Assembly: GCF_016432865.1 (NCBI RefSeq)
Contig: NC_067398.1
Location: forward strand, 678,094,001 to 678,158,000
Reading direction: 5' to 3'
DNA from: Antechinus flavipes
Lineage: Eukaryota
Length of the DNA: 64,000 bases
The position numbers and the translations under genes were made by a program. Under the pieces are notes generated by a model that worked only from the letters and a program-made list of their open reading frames with translations, ran no database searches and was not told the DNA's origin. This document shows, in pieces, positions 26,003 through 37,116 of the stretch. Position 1 is the stretch's first letter. Every line of letters starts with the position of its first letter.

Positions 26003-28891
26003 ACACAGGGTTATCGAGCAGAAGCCCAGATGCCGTAGGTACGGGGCACGCATCCCCTGCCAGCGGAGAGGACCCGGAGCCCACCAGCCTGCCTGTGGTT
26101 GCATCCTCCATGGGAACCTCCACCTTTAGGAGCCCAGCAGTGACCGAGCCTGTAGAGACAGCTCCTGGCTCAGCCTCTGCTCAGGCCTCCAGCTTCTCTG
26201 TGGGCTCTGCCTCAGGGAGCCCAGCCCTGGACACCACCCCAGCCTCCATGTCTTCTCCGGTGACAGAGGACCCCAAATCCTTGGAGACTTCTGCCACTGG
26301 GACAATGGGCACTGACTCCCGGCCAAAGGCTCCTACCCCAGGGAAGCCGCAGGTGGTTCCAGGCTCCAGCACTCCCCTCCCCTCCGGCTCCCAAGGGACA
26401 GTTTCCTCCCTTTCCCCCATGGCCAGCTCCAGTGCAGACACCACAGCAGCAAGGGAGTCTGACAGCACGGAGCCTGCAGACAGTCCCCCAGGGAGCTCCT
26501 TCCCTCCGGAGTTCTCGGCTTCAGGGCAAACTAGCAGCCACACTCTTTCCCCAGCTCCTTCTCACCCAGGCTTCCATAGCCAAGTCCCAGAGATGGTCCC
26601 CACAGCCATCCCAATGCACACGGGGACTTGGAGCACAGCAGGGAGGCCGGAAAGTGAGACGGGCCCTGGAGCCATTTCATCTGGGCCACCCTCCACTGGC
26701 CTGAGTCAGTCGTCCTCCCCTGAGGCAGGAGGAGCAGCCACAGGCACGGCCTCCATGGCAGGGAGCACAGGGACCTCGTTATTGTCCATCAGTGTCCCTG
26801 TATCCACAGCGAGTTCGGGAACTCCCATCCCTACTAGAATGCCCAGCCCTTCCACGGGGAGCCTGGAGACCTCCTGGCCTGAGACAAGGACCTCCCCTTT
26901 CTCTCCTGGTGTGGTCCACAAGGGCCACAGCATGGGTTCTGCCAGCACCTGGCTCCTCCCGTCGGCATCCCTGGCCACTGGGATACCTGTTGGTACGACT
27001 GGGCAGCCGTCTTTGGGGACCCCCATGCCCAAGGGGGGGGCCAGCGCTGCAGCTTCTCTTGCAACCTTCCCGCCCAGTGGGGGCACACAGAGAAGCACCG
27101 GCGGGGAGTCCACCCCCTTCCTCCTGCATCAGCCCAGTCCCACAGGCTCTGAGACCACGAGGGACGTCTCCGAATCTCGGCTTCCTGCACAGACTTCCAC
27201 ACTGAGACACGTCCCAGGTCCCACCGCGGGGCCCAGCACTGACACACCGGATCTTCCCCCCTGGGACCACAGCTCCAGTGTGCCAGTGACCATTGGTGGG
27301 GCTGAGACCCCCTCCGGGCTGGGGCCAAGGACCACAGGTGGAGCTTCTGCCTCTAGTGACCCTCTTGCTCATCCTGGGGAAGGTGCAACTGTCTCATGGT
27401 TTTCTAGCCCAGCTGAAGCCGCCATGGGTGTGCTAAGCACCAGCCTGGATTGGCTCCGGATTCCCACAGTAGTCACCCCTGAAGCCCCCTCTGAGTCCAG
27501 CACCCTGGGGGATGGTGGGAGTTCTGCTGTCCCTGGTACTGAAAGGACAAAGCTGACTCCCAGCAGTCAGAGCACAGTCAGAAGGGCCACCCCTCCTGCC
27601 TCAGCTTCATCCATGGAGATCCCAACCCGGGAAGGAGGGGCCGGGGCAGCTGCCTCAGTGACTGCCTCCCTGCCTGTAGATTCCACTCCCTCAGGCCCTG
27701 GTAATGGAGCCCCAGGTTCTGCCTCATTGGCCATTAGCTCCCCAGGGGATGGGAGTAGAACCTATGAGCTGTCAGCCACAGCCTCAGAGACCACCTCCCT
27801 TCATTCCTTGACCACATCATCAGTGGAAGGTTCCACTAGGGAAGTCCCAGCTACTGTGAGAAGAGAAGGCACCAAAGGGGGACTCAGTCAAGAGCCCCCT
27901 ACTAGCCCAGAAGACATCCCAGTCTCCTCTAGGGACACAGCTCCCACAGGGACAAGCCCCCTTCTGCAGGAGGTATCCCTTGGGCCAAGTACAGAAGCTC
28001 TGCCTGTCACTGACCTGCCAACAATGACTGAGACCACATCCCCATCGGCCCCTGGGCCGGCTGCAGAAGCCAGCTCAGCTTCTCCTCTTGCTCCGGTCAC
28101 ACGGCTCAGCCCTTCTGCCACATCCCCCAAGTCCACAGCAGAGACCTTTGGAGCATCTTGGGCTGGGACCGTTTCTTTGGGCCCCACCAACTTCATGACA
28201 GAGACCTCACGGTCTGGGCTGGCCACCTACAAAGACAGGGTTGTAGCCACCTTCTCCGAGAAGATCAGTGGTGAAACAGCTTCCGTTTCAGCTTCTCCTT
28301 TTGTCACAGCAACAGGGTCCCTGGGGTCTACAGAGCAGGAGTCCAGCCCCACGCGATCAGGCTTGTCCACCACTGAGGAGTGGAATGGTTCCAGTCTCAG
28401 CCCTCCTCTGACCCGCGTTTCCATCACCTCAGCTCCTAGCTCACAGTCCCCTTCCTCTGGCTCTGGGAGCAGCCCCCCAATGCCACCAGACACCAGCTTT
28501 GCCAATGCCCTGGAGAGCACCTCGTCCCCAGGGACCAGTCTTGTGTCTGTCCAGTCCTCAGAGGCCGCAGCGACTACTTCCGGGCTGTCACACTCCTACC
28601 CAGGCTCCTCGGCTGAGTTCATGCCCCCCTCCACTGCTTGGACCAAGAGCTCTGCACCTGGGATGGCCACATCTTCCAGGTCCCCTGTGACCTTTCCCTT
28701 CACCACTGGGTCAGAGACAAACTCCAAAGGGAGAACAGCAGGGCCATTCACACCATATTTAGGAAATACGGAGCCTCTGTGGACAACTGTCTCTTCGCAC
28801 TCAGGGATCAGTCTCCCGGTGGACGTCTCTTCCCCATCGGGTATTGTATGGGTTTTAGTCGCTGGTGTTTCCAGCTCGGTCCCATCCCCAT
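26003..28891 (+). CDS. Array large exon L5, 2889 nt
   Basis: cttttag|AC ... CCA T|GTGAGC; open; phase 1-1. Confidence 0.8.
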
Positions 28892-29404
28892 GTGAGCATG
28901 AGCTTTTTCTTCCCCTTTGTGGAGGATCCACTTGGAGTGGGGAGGGTGCTCGTCAATCCCTTTCTCTTCTATGGTGGGAAGTAGCCATTTCTGTTGAAGA
29001 CCCCAGGTACGCCTTGTTCTAGGTGTTCCTCCTCTTGAGCGGTTTCTCCCCCTTGAGTGTTCTCCCTCCTGGTGGTAAGTTTGGTTCTGTCCTTGGTAGA
29101 AGAGGGCAGTCTTGTGTTCTTTGTGCTGAAGTGCCCTTTGCCCTCTGGGAAGAAATCACATGATCTCATTGAGGTCAGCTGGCTTGTGAAGGAGGTAGAA
29201 GGGATTTGGGGAGTGGGGGACACCTCAGTCAGCCTGGAAGAGAAGGCGTGATCCTTGCAAGGCACAGCGAAGATCCACTGGAGAGTCAGCAGTCCCTTCT
29301 TCCCTTCCATTTGCTCCCTGAAAGGTCTCAGAGGTGGCTCAGGTTAGGGATTGGACCCTCACTGCTTGTTGGCTGGGGGATTGATTGACTTGCCCTTTTT
29401 ACAG

Positions 29405-29518
29405 GAATGGGTGAGAGCCTAAGTCCCAGCACCCAGAGTGCAGATCTACCCTCACCTGCACGTCCCAGATCTCCTGCTAACGAGCCCATGGTGCCGACCA
29501 TGCCAGTCACTGTTGCAG
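29405..29518 (+). CDS. Array small exon S6, 114 nt
   Basis: tttttacag|GA ... GCA G|GTAAGA; open. Confidence 0.85.
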
Positions 29519-30224
29519 GTAAGAAAGACTGAGCCCTCTGCTTACACTGGGGAACAATCCTCCTCTGTTCAGTTTCCCACTTTTGGGGCATTCTTCATCT
29601 CAGGGACACTTGTGGGGCTCTTCTCAGTTCTTGCAGATTATATGCCATTATCCTTGTCTCTTCATTGCCATCTTTGGGGGAAGTCTTTGCCTTTCTCTCT
29701 GTTTCTTTGGGATTGTACATCAGGCCTGCTTCCTTTTTAGAACATGGAGGGGAAGCAAAGTATGGTTTCTCCACTGCCTTTTTAAGACATTGCTAGGAGA
29801 GTTCTTGACTATAGATAAATAGTCGTCATTTGTCCATTTGCCCTGGCTAAGCCAACGAAGGGGACTGTAGGAGCTGTTCTGGGCAACTGAGAGGTGAATG
29901 AGGACATATGGAAAAGGTCAGGACAGACTCAGGGATAGAGAAGGTCAGTCTCTTTCTGCCTGCAGCAGGGTGGGTCAGCGTCAGACTTGCACTCAGGCTC
30001 ACAGTCTCCTAGAAGAAGTTGTGTGAGGAAAGTGCTTGCCCTGCAGGATGTTCCATGGCAAGTGTGGGAGGGAGAATGAATGGTGGAGTCTGAAGCTTTG
30101 GAGAGGGGAGCATCCGTCTTTCCCACTGAGAGGAACCTTGAATGGAGCCACGAGGGTGACTGTGGGTCATTCGCAGGTAGCCCACTAGAGCCCTGCTCCT
30201 GTGCCAACCAATGCCCTCTTTTAG

Positions 30225-32555
30225 ACACAGGGTTATCGAGCAGAAGCCCAGATGCCATAGGTACGGGGCACGCATCCCCTGTCAGCGGAGAGGACCCGGA
30301 GCCCACCAGCCTGCCTGTGGTTGCATCCTCCATGGGAATCTCCACCTTTAGGAGCCCAGCAGTGACCGAGCCTGTAGAGACAGCTCCTGGCTCAGCCTCT
30401 GCTCAGGCCTCCAGCTTCCCTGTGGGCTCTGCCTCAGAGAGTCCAGCCCTGGACACCACCAAGGCCTCCATGTCCTCTCCAGGGACAGAGGACCCCAAAT
30501 CCTTGGAGACTTCTGCCAACGGGACGATGGGCACTGGCTTCCGGCCACAGGCTCCTACCCCAGGGAAGCCACATGCGGTTCCAGGCTCCAGCACTCCCCT
30601 TCCCTCCGGCTCCCAAGGGACAGTTTCCTCCCTTTCCCCCATGGCCAGCCCCAGTGCAGACACCACAGCAGCAAGGGAGTCTGACAGCATGGAGCCTGCA
30701 GACAGTCCCCCAGGGAGCTCCTTCCCTCCGGAGTTCTCGACTTCAGGGCAAACTAGCAGCCACACTCTTTCCCTAGCTCCTTCTCAAGCAGGCTTCCATA
30801 GCCAAGTCCCAGAGATGGTCCCCACAGCCATCCCAATGCACACGGGGACTTGGAGCACAGCAGGGAGGCCGGAAAGTGAGATGAGGCCTGGAGCCATTTC
30901 ATCTCGGCCGCCCTCCACTGGCCTGAGTCAGTCGTCTTCCCCTGAGGCAGGAGGAGCAGCCACGGACACAACATCCATGGCAGGGAGCACAGGGACCTCG
31001 TTATTGTCCATCAGTGTCCCTGTATCCACAGCGAGTTCAGGAACTCCCATCCCTACTAGAATGCCCAGCCCTTCCACGGGGAGCCTGGAGACCTGGTCTG
31101 AGACAAGGACCTCCCTTTTCTCTCCTGGTGGGGTCCACACAGGCCGCAGCACGGGCTCTGCCAGCACCCTGGGGGAAGGAGGGAGTTCTGCTGTCCCTGG
31201 TACTGAAAGGACAAAGCTGACTCCCAGCAGCCAGAGCACAGTCAGAAGGGCCACCCCTCCTGCCTCAGCTTCATCAGTGGAGATCCCAACCCGGGAAGGA
31301 GGGGCCGGGGCAGCTGCCTCAGTGACTGCCTCCCTGCCTGTAGGTTCCACTCCCTCAGGCCCTGGGAGTGGAGCCCCAGGTTCTGCCTCCTTGGCCGTTA
31401 CCTCCCCAGGGGAGGGGAGTAGAGCCCATGAGCTGTCAGCCACAGCCTCAGAGACCACCTCCCTTCATTCCCTGACCATGTCACCAGTGGAAGGTTCCTC
31501 CAGGGAGATCCCAGCTACTGTGACAAGAGAGGGCACTGAAGGGACATTGAGTCAAGAGCTCCCTACCAGCCCAGGAGACATCCCAGTCTCCTCTAGGGAC
31601 ACAGCTCCCACAGGGACAAGCCCCCTTCTGCAGGAGGTATCCCTTGGGCCAAGTACAGAAGCTCTGCCTATCACTGACCTGCCAACAATGACTGAGACCA
31701 CATCCCCATCGGCCCCTGGGCCAGCTGCAGAAGCCAGCTCAGCTTCTCCTCTTGCTCCGGTCACACGGCTCAGCCCTTCTGCCACATCCCCCAAGTCCAC
31801 AGCAGAGACCTTTGGAGCATCTTGGGCTGGGACCGTTTCTTTGGGCCCCACCAACTTCATGACAGAGACCTCAAGGTCTGGGCTGGCCACCTACAAAGAC
31901 AGGGTTGTAGCCACCTTCTCCGAGAAAATCAGTGGTGAAACAGCTTCCGTTTCAGCTTCTCCTTTTGTCACAGCAACAGGGTCCCTGGGGTCTACAGAGC
32001 AGGAGTCCAGCCCCACGCGATCAGGCCTGTCCACCATTGAGGATTGGAATGGTTCCAGTCTCAGCCCTCCTCTGACCAGCATTTCCATCACCTCAGTTCC
32101 TAGCTCACAGTCCCCTTCCTCTGGCTCTTGGAGCAGCCCCCCAATGGCACCAGACACCAGCTTTTCCGATGCCCCAGACAGCACCTCGTCCCCAGGAGCC
32201 ACCCTTGTCTCTGTCCAGTCCTTAGGGCCTGCTGTGACTACTCCTGGGCCGTCAAACTCAAGCCCAGGCTCCTCGGCTGAGTTCATGCCCTCCTCCACTG
32301 CTTGGACCAAGAGCTCTGCACCAGGCATGGTCACATCCTCCAGGTCTCCTGTGACCTTTTCCATCTCAATGGGCTCAGAGAAGAACATGAAAGGGAGAAC
32401 AGCAGGGCTATTCACACCATATCTAGGAGATACGGTTTCCCTGTGGACAACTGTCTCTTCGCAGTCAGGGACCAGTCTCCCAGTGGATGTCTCTTCCCCT
32501 TTGGGTAATATATGGGTTTTAGTCACCCTTGTTTCTAGCTCAGCCCCATCCCCAC
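30225..32555 (+). CDS. Array large exon L6, 2331 nt (555-nt deletion type)
   Basis: cttttag|AC ... CCA C|GTGAGC; open; phase 1-1. Confidence 0.8.
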
Positions 32556-33074
32556 GTGAGCATAACCTTTGTCTTCCCCTTTGTGGAGGATTCACTTGGA
32601 CTGGGGAGAGGGCTGGTCAAATCCTTTCTGTTCTATGGTGGGAAGCAGCCATTTGTGCTGGAGACCCCAGGTATGCCTTGTTCTAGGCGTTCCTCCTCTT
32701 GAGCGGTTTCTCCCCCTTGAGTGTTCTCCTTCCTGGTGGTCACTTTCGATCTGCCCCTGGTGGTTGAGGACAGTCTTGTGTTCTTTGTGCTGAAGTGCTC
32801 CTTGACCTCTGGGAGGAAATTGCATGTTCTCTTTGAGGTCAGCTGGCTTGTGAAGAAGGTAGAATGGATTTGTGGAGTGGGGGACACCTCAGTCAGTATC
32901 TGGAAAGGAAGGCGTGATCCTTGTAAGGCACAGCAAAGATCCATTGGAAAGTCAGTAGGCCCTTAGGCTCTTTTTAAGTTGCTTCCCATCTGATAGGTCT
33001 CAAAGTCTCTGCTAGGGGACGTGGACCTTCAATGATTGTTGGCCAGGGGATTGACTGATTTGCCCTTTTTACAG

Positions 33075-33188
33075 GAATGGGTGAGAGCCTAAGATTCAGC
33101 ACCCAGAGTGCAGATCTACCCTCATCTACAGGTCCCAGATCTCCTGCTAGTGAGCCCATGGTGCCGACCACGCCAGTCACTGTTGCAG
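33075..33188 (+). CDS. Array small exon S7, 114 nt
   Basis: tttttacag|GA ... GCA G|GTAAGA; open. Confidence 0.85.
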
Positions 33189-33890
33189 GTAAGAATGACT
33201 GAGCCCTCTGCTTACACTGGAGGACAATCCTCCTCCTCTATTCAGTTTCTCGCTGTGGGGACATTCTGTATCTCAGGGACATTTGTGGGGCTCTTCTTGG
33301 TTCTTGGAGATTGCACGCCATTATTCTTGTGTCTTCCATGCCTTCTTTGGGGGAAGTCTGTGTCTCCTTCTCTATGTCTTTGCGATAAGAAATCAGGCCT
33401 GCTTCCTTCTGGACAATGGAGGGGAAGCAGAAGTTTATCCAGAGTCTTGCCCAAGGCGATTTGAGGAGAGGGCTTGGCCATAAATAGAGGGCATTTGCCA
33501 GGTTGCCCTGGACAAGACAAAGAGGGGACCTGCCAGAAGTCATATGGGCCATTGAGTGATGGATGAGAATGTGCAGAAAAGGGTCTCAGAAAACCTTAAA
33601 GGATAGAGAAGGCTTGTCTCTCTCTGCCTGTAGCAGTGTGGGTCAGCATCAGACTTGGGCTTGGGCTCATAGTCTCCCTGAGGAAGCAGTAAGGACAGTG
33701 CTTGCCCAGGAGGAGGATCTATGGTGAGCATGGGAGGGTGAATGAATAGTGGAGTCTGGTGCTTTGGAGAGGGGAGCATCCATCTTTCCCACTGAGAGGA
33801 ATCGTGAATGGAGCCACGAGGGTGACTGTGGGTCATTCGCAGGTAGCCCACTAGAGCCCTGCTCCTGTGCCAACCAATGCCCTCTTTTAG

Positions 33891-35582
33891 ACACAGGGTT
33901 ATCGAGCAGAAGCCCAGATGCCGTAGGTACGGGGCACGCATCCCCTGCCAGCGGAGAGGACCCGGAGCCCACCAGCCTGCCTGTGGTTGCATCCTCCATG
34001 GGAACCTCCACCTTTAGGAGCCCAGCAGTGACTGAGCCTGTAGAAACAGCTCCTGGCTCAGCCTCTGCTCAGGCCTCCAGCTTCCCTGTGGGCTCTGCCT
34101 CAGGGAGCCCAGCCCTGGACACCACCCCAGCCTCCATGTCTTCTCCGGTGACAGAGGACCCCAAATCCTTGGAGACGTCTACCACTGAGACCATGGGCAC
34201 TGATTCCCTGCCACAGGTTCCTATTTCGGGGAAGCCGCAGGCGGTTCCAGGCTCCAGCACTCCCCTCCCCTCCGGCTCCCAAGGGACAGTTTCCTCCCTT
34301 TCCCCCATGGCCAGCCCCAGTGCAGAGACCACAGCAGCAAGGGAGTCTGACAGCACGGAGCCTGCAGACAGTCCCCCAGGGAGCTCCTTCCCTCCGGAGT
34401 TCTCGGCTTCAGGGCAAACTAGCAGCCACGCTCTTTCCCCAGCTCCTTCTCACCCAGGCTCCTCTAGCCCAGTCCCAGAGATGGTCCCCACATCCATCCC
34501 AATGCACACAGGGACTTCGAGCATGGCAGGGAGGCCAGAAAGTGAGACGGGGCCTGAAGCCAGCTCAGCTGGGCTGCCCTCCACTGGCCTGAGTCAGTCG
34601 TCCTCCCCTGAGGCAGGAGGAGTAGCCATGGGCACGGCCTCCATGGCAGGGAGCACAGGCTCCTCATTATTGTCCAGCAGTGTCCCTGTATTCACAGCGG
34701 GTTTGGAAAACTCCATCACTCCCAGAATGCCCAGCCCTTCTATGGGGAGCCTGGAGACGACCTGGCCTGAGAAAAGAACCTCCCCTTTCTCTCCTGGTGT
34801 GGTCCACATGGGCCACAGCATGGGCTCTGCCAGTACCCAGCTCCTCCCGTCTGCATCCCTGGCCCCTGGAATGCCTGTTGCCACGATTGGGCAGCTATCT
34901 TTGGGGACCCCTATGCCTGAGGAGGTGGCCAGTTCTGCGGCTTCTCTTGAAAGCTTCCCGCCCAGTGCAGGCACACAGAGCAGCACCGGCAGAGAGTCCA
35001 TCCCCTTCTTCCTGCATGAGCCCAGTCCCGCAGGCTCTGAGAGAACAGGCCTTACCGCAGCATCAGGGACCGGCCTCACCTTCAGCCCTCCCATCCTCCA
35101 GACTACAACTTCCATAAGCACAAATCCTGGATTAGCAACAAGTTTATCTATTTTAATGAGTGGCCAGCCAATGGCACCAGACATGAGCATTCCAAGCCTT
35201 CCCAGCGATACTTTCACTAAGACTTCCAGTCTTGCCTCTAGCCGTTCCCCAGAAGCTGAGACCCCCAGCCAAGCTAATGTGTCTCCAAACCTCAGTCCAG
35301 ACTCCTCACCTCTGTTCCCCCAACACACCTCCTGGACAAGCTCGTCTTCACTTTGGATTTCTCCTTCCTCAATGTCCCCACTGACAATCACCACCCCTGG
35401 GTCAAGGAAGAGCACAGAAGATACTACAGTACCAACAGTCTCCCCATCTTCAGATAACATAAAGACAGTCTGGCCATCCATCTCTCCCTACCCAGAAGCC
35501 ACACCTGCAGTGAGCTTTATTCCTCAAGGAGGTACAGTCCCTTTTGCAGGCCCTTCTTTTGCTACCTTCACTGTATTCACAA
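33891..35582 (+). CDS. Array large exon L7, 1692 nt (chimeric terminal unit)
   Basis: cttttag|AC ... TTC ACA A|GTAAGC; open; diverges from L1-L6 after ~35040. Confidence 0.85.
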
Positions 35583-35699
35583 GTAAGCACTGCCTCCTGC
35601 CTTTCCTTCTGGATATCTTGTTTGTCCATGTTGCTGTTCAGTTGTCTTTGTGACCTCATTTGGGGTTTTCTTGTTAAAGATACTGGTGTAATTTACTAT

Positions 35700-35830
35700 T
35701 TACTTCTCCAGATCAATTTACATATGAGAAACTCAGGCAAACAAGGTTAAATGATTAGGGTCACCCAGCTAGGAAGTGTCTGAGGCTAGATTTGAATCCA
35801 GGAAGAGGAACCTTCCTATATTTAGGTGCC
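35700..35830 (-). mobile_element. Mar1/MIR-type SINE fragment
   Basis: gaaactcaggcaaacaaggttaaatga...gtcacccagctaggaagtgtctgaggctagatttgaa. Confidence 0.55.
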
Positions 35831-36335
35831 TCTTTCTACACCACCTATCTGTCACTGAGAGTCCATAGGAGTGGGTAAGATTATTTCTTGAGATGTAAAA
35901 CTCTCCTTCCAGAGTCTTGTGGATTCAGGACATTTATGATATTCTTTGGTGATAAACCCAGTTTCCTTTTCTAAACTGCCTAGGAAGACAGTATAGTTGT
36001 TCTTGGAACCGAAATCTCCTCCTTCCCTCTCTAGTCCTCCTATCTCATCTCATCTCATTTCCCTCTCCACCCACCCCTCCTTCCTTTTGGCTCAGATTGA
36101 CTGTCATTATTCTGGGCAAGTGATTTAGATAAAATAAAGATTTTCCTTTAGAAGGTAGTGTTTGTGAAGCCAAAGTAAGGATGGAAAGAAGTAATAGAAA
36201 CACCCAGAGCATGCTCTACTTCCTCACTTTCTTCCCTCAACAGTTTTTGGTACCTGACATTTCTCATCTGGGCAAGCATTAATCTCTCTTTAAATGTTTG
36301 ACAACAACTAGCTGACTGACTTCCCTTTTCTATAG

Positions 36336-36447
36336 CAATTGATGAGAGTCTGGTTTCCAGCATTCATATCATATCTCTTTGCCTGATGGTACCAGTGCCC
36401 CATCAAGAGCAAGCCCCTACCAACCCCACCCACTACCAGTGACTCAG
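36336..36447 (+). pseudogene. Decayed small exon (S8 pseudo-exon)
   Basis: gactgacttcccttttctatag|CAATTGATGAGAGT homologous to S1/S5; 112 nt (not 3n) with an in-frame TGA. Confidence 0.6.
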
Positions 36448-37116
36448 GTTAATGGAAATCTCCCTTCTGCATTCTCTATTTGATACAAATCATTTCATCC
36501 TGGACCATCTTTTTCTGCTTGTTGTAGTCCGCCATTTCATGATTCTTTGAACTGATTTTCCTAGGTCTTGGGGACTTAACGATATAATTTCTGTCTCTGG
36601 GAACGTTTTAATTTTCTCTTTTTCTGTTGCTTTGTTTGATCCATTTCTCTTAATTTATCATGAATTTTATGTTAAAAACACCCACTCTTTTCCTTTGGAG
36701 AACTTGACAGAAGCAAAAGCTTGTCTATTATTGCTTGTCAGGATGCAGTACTTGGTTATTTTACATCTGCAGTGAGGTAGCATCCTCAACTCAGGAAGAG
36801 AATAATTCAGAGTCTGAGGATCTTGCTCGGATGAGAGCTGAGGGCAGAATGTTGAGTAGGGGTTAGATCAAGCTTCTTGAATGGCCGCCAGGTTTACTAC
36901 TTCAGGTTTACTGTCTAGGATAGGATATTTTGACTAAGGAAAGTATTCCAGGAGGAGGTGCCTATGCTGGTCATGGAAGGCAAAGGAAAATGGTAAATTT
37001 TGGGAGATATATTATGTAAGAACAGGGAGGAGCCATCCTGAGAGGAAATGAGGATACTTATGAGTATCACAAACATCACAACTGATTCCATACATCCAAT
37101 CAAACCCCTCTCTTAG

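Larger units (their letters stand above)
8940..35040 (+). repeat. Tandem array of 7 exon-doublet units (periods 4095, 4072, 4434, 3640, 4191, 3670 bp)
   Basis: Distances between small-exon starts 8973/13068/17140/21574/25214/29405/33075; near-identical exons and introns. Confidence 0.95.

Noticed and set aside
13682-32686. Each array unit as a stand-alone ~1000-aa gene (upstream ATG MVESGAL..., ataaatag TATA-like box, C-terminal ...LLWWEVAISVEDPRYALF)
   Set aside because: No signal peptide; the start codon is not kept in all units; both extensions lie beyond good phase-1 splice sites; the tails differ by frameshift between units
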